Of a stretch of 64,000 bases of DNA, positions 1-11,000 are shown in pieces. The notes beneath the pieces are model-generated. The model did no database searches. It was not told where the DNA came from and saw only the letters and a list, made by a program, of their open reading frames with translations. How positions within the stretch are numbered: position 1 is the stretch's first letter; each line of letters begins with the position of its first letter. A program made the position numbers and the translations under genes. Location of the stretch: assembly GCF_036365525.1 (NCBI RefSeq), contig NC_090417.1, forward strand, positions 1,779,536 through 1,843,535, given 5' to 3'. The DNA comes from Heterodontus francisci (taxonomy: Eukaryota).

Positions 1-862
1 GGAGATGAATACTTTCGTTACTGTTTTCATTAAAACAATGCAGATTATGGGTCGAATTTCTCGATGCCCATTTTCATTTACTCTTGGGTAGCAAACTCCT
101 TGCCTAAAGTTCTTTATTTTAAATAAAAATGCGCACTCATTCCATCCATGTTATGTATGCCGTATCACTTCCACGGCCTCTAATCTATGGCCTTCTCTTC
201 TACCGTAATTCTCACCAATTGCTCTACGTCGTCACCTGTGGCTAATGTGGCTTCAGCCTAGCAAACTTTGGCAGGTTGTGGGCAAAATTAGATGAGAGGA
301 GCTGGGGCATTTGTGTCCTGCGTGCTGGCAATACCCATCTCCTCAGTACACAATGTTGCAGTAGATATGCTAATTTCTGTATCTTAGAAGACATAGGAAC
401 AATGCTTCACCGAAAACTCTACCCTGTGGGAGAAATGCAAAGCTATTAAAGGCTATTTACTGCAACCTCGCTTATCTGCCGGCATCTTGGCACTGGAGCC
501 ATTGGATTCAGAGGCGGGGGCAACTAGAGTGCGACAAAATCTGCCACCTTCTCTCATTTAAATTAATCTCCTGTTCCATTCACCTCATTTTTGTATTTTA
601 TAAAATTGGAGGATATTCTGCTTATCTTGGATAGTGAAGAACATAGTTGTTTGTACTTCAAGATAAAATACAATAAAACTCGTTAAAATTGGGATTTTCC
701 TAACCCTAACCCACTTTTCAAAGCACTCGTTTGCTACATCCTACAGTTTTTAGGTAAAAGCATTCCAAAGCAGTTAACAACAGTGCTGCAGACGCTGCCA
801 TCACTGTTAATGCCACTGCGGGCTCTGCAAGCAGCTGAAGGTGGGAGGCGGCCGGCACCTCG

Positions 863-1142
863 GCATTCTGGGAGATGTAGTACCAGAGCGATGCCGACGT
901 CGGACCGAACCTGAGGCACTGACCCGGGGAAACTACATCTCCCACAAGGCGCCGGGGGCGGCTCCTCCCCAGGTGACAGCGGACAGCCAATAGGCGTTGG
1001 CGTTACAGCCCAGCGCCGAGCAGTTTTTGTAAGGCGAAATGGCGGCGCGTCTGACAGGAACCCGGCTTTGACCGGGTGTTTACGTCCAGAGCAGCGGGGG
1101 GGATGGGAGGGGGGGGTAGGGAAGAAACTGGCCCAGAGGAAG
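863..1142 (+). promoter_or_regulatory. CpG-rich promoter and non-coding first exon of C2orf42
   Basis: Two inverted ZNF143/THAP11-type motifs: GCATTCTGGGAGATGTAGT (863-881) and ACTACATCTCCCACAAGGC (932-950). CCAAT at 987-991, YY1-type AAATGGCGGC at 1037-1046, strong donor AG|GTGAGT after 1142. Confidence 0.7.
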
Positions 1143-1294
1143 GTGAGTCTCTTTTATTTGATTTGTGTCATTGCTGGAAATCCATATTAAAACGGCGAAC
1201 AAGCGGTTCCGAGTGACACACCATCGCCATGAAAAGCCCATCTCCTCGCTGTTAATGCAGTTTGTCGGACGGGGCGCACAAGTGGGTTGGGCCT

Positions 1295-1435
1295 ATTGGG
1301 CCTGATTGGCAGCTGGCTTCACCAATTAGATTCCAATATTGTGGGGTTTGCCTCAGTTTAGGCCAATAGGAATTGGCGTTGAGGGCGGGACAGTGGAAGG
1401 TAGGCGGGTCTATCACCTGTCAATCAACTGCCAAT
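1295..1435. promoter_or_regulatory. CCAAT-box (NF-Y) and GC-box cluster in C2orf42 intron 1
   Basis: CCAAT/ATTGG at 1295, 1305, 1322, 1333, 1363, 1372 and 1431, plus GGGCGG at 1383. Confidence 0.5.
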
Positions 1436-4216
1436 GGTTAAATAGCAGCTTGGAGGTGGCATGAAACGGGAGGATTTGCAGCACTTACTGGTTTCAGTGA
1501 AATTTTTGAATTAGTTGACCCAGGATGGGCAAAATTCCAGAAATTAAAATCTATGGGCGGTGGTAGACTAAATTTTAGTATCTTTCTCTCCCTGTAATAA
1601 AACGTTCAGAAGTTTGGTGGTTCTGCATTTTACTGGGATGGGTTGTGCCACTCTGAAACCAGCCCTTTTTTTCTTGCTGTGGTCTGTCCATTATCTAGTC
1701 ATTTACTTCATTGCTGTTGATGGGAGCTTGTTGTGCACAAATTAGCTGCCAAGTTTCCTATTGTACAACACTTCAAAATATTTCACTGACTGCAAAGTGC
1801 TATGGGACATCCTCTTATCGTGAAAGGCAGTATATAAATAAAAGTTCTTTCTTTCTGATTAGTATTCCCAGCAACCCGACCATTTAATGAAACTTGATTA
1901 TTGGGTAAGTCCAATACTTTGCAAAGCTGTTGCATTGTAATGATGGTTCAGCTATATACTGTATTAAGATTTAAAGAAATTGTTCGAAATGAAACTTTCA
2001 CCATTAGCAATTTTTCAATAGGAGCCATTCTCCCTTGGTGGTGGTCACCAGAGAGTTGGGATATGCCAGTTTATAATAGTTAAGGATGTTGATAACAGTT
2101 TGGGATGGGAAATAAGTGCGCACGTTTATAAAGCTTTTGATTTCCTGTGGCATAACAGACAGAGAGTCACGCTTACTTGTACTTTCTAGGTGAAGCATGG
2201 TGCGAGGTCAGAGTATCATTGGACTAAGAAGAAGCACTTCCATTTATATAGCGCCTTTCAAGAATTCAGGATGCTTAAAGGGCTTCACAGCCAATAACTT
2301 GCAACGTGCTTCAGAGGAGTATAATCAGACAAAAACCGGCACTAATTCTGAGGAGGAGGTTATCGGACGGATGATCAAATGCTATTAGATAAATGTTCAG
2401 GCACTGTTAACTCAATCTGACTCATTAATCATGACTCAACCTAATATGGCATGTCCCCTGGTTGGAGAAAATGATCCTGAACAGTAAAATAATTCACTGC
2501 CTTTCCCCATTTTAAACCAGTCTGCATTTGCTAAATGCTTGTCTAAAATCTGCATTTTACCTTCTACCATTTCGCAGCTGCTACCAGTGGATCAATGAAC
2601 CACTCCCACTACATTCTTAAATTCTTTTTTCTCTTTCCTAATTCTACTCATAAAGTGAAATGCCCACAGAGATCTCTGAGGTTTGTAGGGCAGGGAGTGG
2701 TTACAGAGATGGGAAGGGGTGAGGCCTTGGATGGAATTGTACACTCTGGTAAGAATTTTTAAATTGAACGTAGGTGGGTCAATGAAGATAGGGGATTACT
2801 GTTAGAAAAGTGAAAGTAGAAACTGGTAGATTTTTTCACAAGAGGGTTATTAGAACAAGGAATGCTTCAACAGAGTGGTTATTGAGGCAGACACTAGAAC
2901 ATCTTTCAACAAAGACTTAGTATTTAAATAGGAAGACTGTGAAACAATACAGGAAACGGGCCAATAATCTTTCTGTGCTGTGATTTCTATGATTTTCTAA
3001 CTCTGTGTGATTTGTCATTTTTTTGTGTAGAATTTTGATCAAAAATATGGACAGAGCAAGCAGGAAAAAAACTAGGGTAGTTTTATTGAAAAATTCTAAT
3101 GAAAAAACTAGTTTGGCCAAATGTGCTGCAAAATTTATATCTATTGCAGTAAAGACAATTATAATGATTAAGTGTTTTGGGCATTTATCTTGAAATGAAA
3201 ATATGAAACTGTACATATTTAGTTATTGCATAGAAGTCACAGATTATTCAATATTTTCACCGGGTAATGGCAAAAGTATAATATAGGAAGTGGACACAAT
3301 TCTGTATCTGATAAGTAGGTTTTAAGGAGCGACATAATGGAGGAGAGAGAAGTGGAGAGGTTTAGGGAGGCTGTTGTGTTTAGGACCGAGCCATCTGAAG
3401 ACATGGCCACCGATCGTAGGTGATGAAAGTCAGGAATGCACAAGAGAACAGAATTGGGGCAGCCAAGAGATCTCGGAGAGTTGTATGGCTGGAAGAGGTT
3501 ACAGAGATCAGAAAAGGTACACTTTCTGCCTCACCGTATCCGTTGATGTCCTGCCAAACTTGACACTTCCTCCCAATTTTAGGGAAATAGAAATTTTCAT
3601 GAAACTCCAGAACGCAGTCGAAGGCTTCTCATACCTTATGCGCAGGTCCCTAATGACTTGTGTGGCAGTCACTTGAAACTAACGTAAACCACTGTGGCAT
3701 TTCAACATTGCGATTTTGGAAAATCAAACCCATTTTTTTTTTGCATGATTGTTTGAATGTTTTCCTATTTGCTATTATATGTTTTTGGCATCCATATTTT
3801 AAAATCAAAATACAGACATGTAAGTTTTTTTTATTGAAAAGTGATTGGGAATTGTTGAGACTAACATCAGGCCTTTATAAGAAAAGGCTGTCAGTTGCAT
3901 CGTCTATTCTTGTAAATACCTGAGCATTTTTGAACAGTTTTACACTGTGTCATCCACTGGTGCGGTCAACAGAATTGGGACTGGGTATGATAGGATTGAC
4001 CATCATCTCAGTCATCGTGCTAATAGCCCCTTCCGAAATGGATTCCTTTAGACCTGGTCCTGACCTCTTCATCGCACCGACAGTAGTTAAGTGTTGTAGA
4101 CAAGTCGCCTCTTCATGCTGCACTATAATTATCTTTGAAAGCCTTGCCTTGTTTACTTGACAAGTTTAATCCCTCTCCTCTCCAGTAGGGTATTAACAAG
4201 ACGAGTCCTATGAGAG

Positions 4217-5036
4217 ATGGAGCAGCACTCCGAGAGGGCGAAAACGCCGGCTTTCCTCGCCGACTTGGGCAAACCTACTCTTCGGGGCATTAAAAAGTGC
4301 CCCAAATGTGGGACGTTCAATGGTACACGTGGGCTGAGCTGCAAGAATAAAAGCTGTGGTGCTGTCTTCAGGGATGGAGTTCGGAAACAGCAACCCAGCA
4401 TTGATGCCGTTCGCATAGTCACCGGATCTGCTTCGCAGGTGTACTCGGTGAGACTTCGAGACCGAGGGCCTGACTACAGGGGCTTTGTGGAACTGGGCAC
4501 AACGGAGGCAATTCAGACAGTGGATGGCACCATTATTACCCATATAACCGGGCGCTGCTTAGTCCCCACCTGTTTCAAAGTATCCTCTCAAGGAGTCTCC
4601 GAGAATCAGTGCCAGCACATCAAGCTTGCAATGGAGTGTCATGTGGAAGCCACTCCGCATACTCTGAAGAGCTCTGTGCTGAACTCTCTTCAAGTGGCCA
4701 CTGAAACCAAGCAGGCCATCTGGACCTTGGCGACCGAATCGAGTGGACCCCTGGTGCAGAGGATCACAAAGACCATTATGGTGGTGAAGTGCAAAGCCAG
4801 CCCAAAGCACAGCTTAGGCTTTCTGCACGTTTCGTTCCATGAGAAGACTAGGAATAAAGGTGTGATGGAGCACAAATTTTACTGTTCATGCCAGGCTTTC
4901 AAAGCCAGTAAGTTGAGCTCCAGCACAGAGGAGCCACCAAAACGATGCATTCACTTCTACGCATGTGTCTGCGCCTTTGCCAGCGATGAGAAGTTGGGGC
5001 AAGAATTTTCGTATTTCATCAACTTTGATTCCTCGG
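4217..5036 (+). CDS. C2orf42: C2orf42 coding exon 1 (treble-clef and SWIM-like Zn fingers)
   Basis: Acceptor CTCTCCAG at 4185, strong Kozak gagATGg, ends FINFDSSG at phase-1 donor GTAGGT. The ORF track runs on into the intron to 5086. Confidence 0.95.
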
Positions 5037-8000
5037 GTAGGTGCAGAAATTCTGGTAAGTATAAATTAAGCTGCCTTATGCACTGAATTGTCAGATAATG
5101 TTGCAGTCATTGGAAGGTCCTGGGTTCAACCCCAGTTGATGGGGTGAAAGTCTCCTTTCTGATTTGGCTCTTGAGTCGAATGAGTTTTGATAGACTTAGC
5201 TTAATGTTAATGTTAAATCGAGGCTGTGTCTGCCCTCTCAGGTGGACGCAGGAGATCGCCTAGTACTATTTGAAGAAGAGCATGGGGAGTTCTTCCCCCC
5301 CCCCCCCCCACCCTGGTGTCCTGGCCAATATTTATCCCCGAGCCAACATCTCTGGTCATTATCACTTTGCTGTCTGTGGCAGCTTGCTGTGCCTACTTTG
5401 GCTGCTGCTTTTCCCACATTACTATAGTGACGACACTTCAAAAGTACTTGATTGCCTCTGAGACACTTGAGGACATCCTGAGGAGGTGAAAGGTGCTACA
5501 GAAATGCAAGTCCTTCTTTCTAACCCAGTTCTGTTTAGGTGTAGATCAGCAGAATTGAGTAGTAGGTGGTCAGCTGACCCATTACAATTCATGTTATGGG
5601 AGAGCCACAAATAAAATTGCCAATCTTTATAGACCGTACAATATAAAGGAAGATGTGGACCTTAGTTATAATTTCATAGTTCCCCAAAATAGTTCATATT
5701 TTATGTCTATATGTGATGACCATTAAAAGAAAAATTCCAAGGCTTTCTTCATCAGTACTTGGCACCGTATCAAACAAAATTCCTATGTTTTCCACATCAA
5801 AGCTATCGCTGTTGAGTTTTAATTTTGTACAGAGCGGACATCAATTAACTTAACAAACAGTCAAGAAAGGGGAGGCGGTGGCGTAGTGGTACTGTCACTG
5901 GGCTAGTAATCCAGAGCTCACAGCAGATGGTGAAATTTAAATTCAGTTAATAAATCTGGAATTTAAAAACTTGTCGAAAAAGGTCACCATGAAACCATTG
6001 TCAATTGTTGTAAAAACCCATCTGGTTCACCAATGTCCTTTCGGGAAGGAAATCTGCCGTCCTTACCTCGTCTGGCCAACGTGACTGCAGACCCACAGCA
6101 GTGTGGTTGACTCTTAACTACCCTAGCAAGCCACACAGTTCAAGGGCAATTAGGGATGGTCAATAAATTCTGGCCTAGTCAGCGACACCAACATCCCACT
6201 AACGAATTCAAAAATTTCAGTTCGAGGCTTGATCTTTGTTCTCTGAGTTATGACATCTTGTCCCTTCAGCCAAATCACTGCCTGTAATCATTACTAAATA
6301 TCCCATTATTTTTCCTTCCTGCTCACTCTCTCCCTTCGCCTTCTCTCCTAAGGACAGGAACTCTCTGATGGGGTGTTGTTCCATTGGTACTTGAGTGCCT
6401 ATTCTTTTTGTGAGAGCTGAAACAGTGAGTTTAGGGAAGCCGGTCAAGCTGATCGGGTACCACAGCTAAACCAGGACGACCACACACAAACTTTTCAACA
6501 GTTGCCCGGGGATGGTGATCAGGAGTGGGGAACCTTGGCTGATTTTCTTTCCCTCTCTTTGAAATTCTGTCCTGATGGAAGGCTGCAGCTGCTGTTGTCC
6601 TTGATACATGACCCATTCAAAATGATGGATTACCAGTTATAATGTTATTACTTTGCCAAGAAATCATCTATGGTGGAACACCCAGGAAGCCACTTAATTA
6701 GCATATATTATAAGTGCTTAATATACTAACACGTAACTGTGGTGTCAAGGATATACTTACAGTTAGGAGTGAGACCAGCAGTATACTATTTTTTTATTTG
6801 TTCATGGGATGTGGGCATCATTGGCACAACCAGCGTTTGTTGCCCATCCCTAATTTCCCTTTATTTATTTATTTAGAGATACAGCACTGAAACAGGCCCT
6901 TCGGCCCACCGAGTCTATGCCGACCAGCAACCACCCATTTATACTAATCCTACATTAATCCCATATTCCTTACCACATCCCCACCATTCTCCTACCACCT
7001 ACCTACACAAGAGACAATTTACAATGGCCAATTTACCTATCAACTTGCAAGTCTTCGGCTGTGGGAGGAAACCGGAGCACCCGGAGGAAACCCACGCGGT
7101 TCACAGGGAGAACTTGCAAACTCCACACGGGCAGTACCCAGAACCGAACCCGGGTCGCTGGAGCTGTGAGGCTGTGGTGCTAACCACTGCGCCACTGTGC
7201 TGCCCTTGAGAAGGTGGTAGTGAGCTGCCTTCTTGAACCACTGCAGTCCATGTGGTGTAGGTACACCCGTAGTGCTGTTAGGAAGGGAGTTCCTGTGTTT
7301 CGACCCAGTGACAGTGAAGGAACGGTGATAAAGTTCCAAGTCAGGATGGTGTGTGACATGGAGGGGAACTTGCAGGTGGTGGTGTTCCCATGCATCTGCT
7401 GCCCTTGTCCTTCTAGGTGGTAGAGTTTGCGGGTTTGGAAGGTGCTGTCGGGAAGGAGCCTTGGTGAGTTGCTGCAGTGCATCTTGCATTTGGTACACAC
7501 TGCTGCCACTGTGACTGGTGGTGGAGGGAGTGAATGTTTGTAGATGGGTTGCTGATCAAGCGGGTTGCTTTGTCCTGGATGGTGTCGAGCTTCGTGAGTG
7601 TTGTTGGAACCACATTCATCCAGGGCAAGTGGAGGGTATTCCATCACGCTCCTGACTTGTGCCTTGTAGATGGTGGACAGGCTTTGGGGAGTCAGGAGGC
7701 AAGTCATTCACCATGTAATGCTCAGCCTCTAACCTCTTGTAGCCACAGTATTTATGTAGCTGGTCCAGTTCAATGTCTGACCAATGGTGACCCCCATGAT
7801 GTTGATGGTGGGGAATTTGGTGACGGTAATGTAATTGAATATCAAGGGAAGAGAGTTCGACTCATTTTTTTGGTCGGAAGTGTAATTGATGGGTGATTAA
7901 GCTGCAGGGAAGGCCATTGGAGGAGACAATGTGAATGTTTTTAAGAGGCTTATGGAGTGTATGGATTGAGGGATATGTTGAGATGGAGTTTACCATTATA

Positions 8001-11000
8001 CTGGAGCCTAACATTCCCAATATTGTATAGAATTACACAGCATAGAAAGAGACCATTCAGCCCAACTGGTCTATGTCACTTCATCTAACCCCATCAAGAT
8101 ATCCTTTCCCCCTCATGCAGTGATCTATCTTCCCTTTAAGGATGTCTATGCTATTCACCTCAACTACTCTTTGTGGTAGTGAGTTCCACATTCTAATCCC
8201 TCTCTGGTGAAAGAAGTTTCTCCTGCGTCTATTATTGGATTTCTTAATATTTATTTTGTAATGCTGTCTTGTTTATCTTGGATTCAATTTTCTTTAACTA
8301 GGGCTTCAGGCAAATTCTGAGACACGATTGCTGGCAATTTACCCCCAGGACCCCACAACCCAGGCTGCAGCAAGTGCAGTTTCAAAAGCAAAGAAGAAGA
8401 AAAAGGACGATGTAACTGGTAAGCTCCCACTGAATGCAACTCAAATTTTGCCTTTTTTTAATGGGAATTTTACAGTCACAAGGTGAGAGCTGCTAATGTT
8501 GAGGCTGCACTGTCAGTAACAGGATGAAGCTTCCTCCACTCTCCCCAACAATGTGCCTCCGTTCCAACCTCAATAGAGTCTGCACCCTGGCCCTGCTGCA
8601 TACTGCACACTTGGCTTGTTTTTCCATTTCCCACACCAGCTGTCCTGTGACTTCTCTGAGTGACATTTTCATTGCCCCACCGTTGCCAGCTGTGCCTTTA
8701 GTTGCCTAGGTCCTAAGCACTGGAATTTCCTCCCTCAACCTCTCTGCCTCGCTGCCTCTCTTTTCTTCTTTGAGATGCTCCTTAAAACCTACCTCTTTGA
8801 CCAAGCTTTTGGTCACCTGTCCTAATATCTCCTTATGTGGTTCGGTGTCAAGTTTTGTTTGAAAGCGCGCCAATGAAGGGTCTTGTGAGGTTTTGGAAGT
8901 GTTCATTCATCATCACTAGGTCAAAATCCAAGAGCTCCCTATCTAACAGCACCCAGACAGCAGTGGTTCAACAAGGTGGCTCACCAACACCTTCTCGAGG
9001 GCAATTAGGGATAGGCAATAAATGCTGCCCTTGTTTCTGATGCTCACATCCCATATACAAATAAAAAGAACTATCTTTATAATTCTAAGTAAGGGACAGT
9101 TCTGTGCTGGTGGCCCACAAATGTTTACTCACCAATTTTAAGCCAGGTGCCTCAAATGTGCACCCACAGACCCTGCTTAACCAAACGACTGAGATGTTCG
9201 CAATTAGTGTCTCTGTTTGCGAGAATGGAATTCATACTGTTTTCTTTGAAGGAGACATACCAGTTCTCTAAGCACAGAGAGCTGATGCTCAGGTTGACAG
9301 TGCTCAGGCAGAGGGAGTGCTTCATTAGATTAGATTAGATTAGAGATACAGCACTGAAACAGGCCCTTCAGCCCACCGAGTCTGTGCCGACCATCAACCA
9401 CCCATTTATACTAATCCTACACTAATCCCATATTCCTACCAAACATCCCCACCTGTCCCTATATTTCCCTACCACCTACCTATACTAGTGACAATTTATA
9501 ATGGCCAATTTACCTACCAACCTGCAAGTCTTTTGGCTTGTGGGAGGAAACCGGAGCACCCGGAGAAAACCCACGCAGACACAGGGAGAACTTGCAAACT
9601 CCACACAGGCAGTACCCAGAATCGAACCCGGGTCCCTGGAGCTGTGAGGCTGCAGTGCTAACCACTGCGCCACTGTGCCGCCCTCATGTCCCAAGGGAAG
9701 GGAAGGCACCCACCCACCCAACAAGGACAGCCAAAGAAACAAATGAACATCAAAAGTCTTTGTCTGTTGGTATAGCAGTAACTGATGCCAGTGCAATGAC
9801 CTTTTTTTCTCTCTCTTTCAGCGAGTCAACCCATAGATGAATCCCAAGTGACTCTGTCATTTCAGGACTGGCTTGCTAGCGTCACTGAACGCATCAATCA
9901 AACTATGCATTACCAATTCGATGGTCAGTGAGTGTTTTTACAAGTCTTTCTTAAAGGAGCAGGGGCTCAATTTTTTGTGGGACGTTCCCATTATTGTTGG
10001 TATCGATGCCTTCGATACAATGATTTTTCTCTTTCTTTTAATGGCTGGAATGGATTTGCAACAGTGCAATTTAATGTGGCGATGTCTGTTGAGGGAACCC
10101 AACTGTAAATGTTATCGGCCCACTACTGTGGAGTGTTGGCCGTCAGCAGTGCTAAAAGGGAACGCAAACAGTGGTCACTGCAATCAGAGGCTCAGGCAGG
10201 AAAGCCTCACACTCGTTTCCTCTCCTAAATATCATCCTTAAAATTATTATTCAGAGCTCATTCCAAATATTCATAAGCGAGATAAAGGTATTTGTTAAAA
10301 GGCTTACAGTTTGGGGAACTCTACCTTGAAAAGGCACTTTATCTCAGCAACAACAACAACTTGCATTTATATAGCACCTTGAATAGCGTAAGATGTCCTA
10401 AGGCCCTTCACAGGAGAGTTAGCAAACCAAATTTGACACTTCTGCATGACTGACAGTCTTTCTGGTGACGCCACCCTTACCAACCATATAAAATCATAAA
10501 TGTAAGGTGTGCGCATGGATTTGTCATTGTCTCAAATGCAGTAATAGGCAGAACAGCTGACGTTGGCTACCAGTTCCAGTTTGGGTCGCCAACTTTGGTA
10601 TTCCTGGAGGTTACATCATGGGACCTCCAACCACTGGGCCTGGTTAAGCAGCTTTATTTTTTTTCCCCTCCCCATCTCCAATATTTTTATAACTAATAAG
10701 TGAAATGTGTTGAAAGAGAATGAAAAATAGTTTTTTTTTAATGGTCCTAGGATTTATTTTCCCTGGGTTGCTCCCACCAGTGTCTAGGAAATTAATCCTG
10801 AATGGTAGGTACTCCAGGATAACAGTGGAGGGTTGGCAAAACTTATCTCCATCTGGTCGCGCAGTAATCAGCACCAAACCTGGATCTGATTGGGAGTGTT
10901 GGAGCCTTTGGCATTTAGCACCAATCATTCGATCTCGAAAGCTCTGTATGTTGTGTTCCCATAGTTTAAAGTTAATGAAGTAATTATAGCTGGAGAATTT

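Noticed and set aside
699-712. Telomere-like CCTAACCCTAACCC
   Set aside because: Only about two units; compatible with chance.
5037-5086. C-terminal tail of the 289-aa ORF in the track ([15 protein letters not shown])
   Set aside because: Read-through past the splice donor at 5036 into the intron.
9147-9270. Candidate for the missing C2orf42 linker exon ([13 protein letters not shown]...)
   Set aside because: Weak acceptor, no suitable in-phase donor before a stop, and no convincing similarity.
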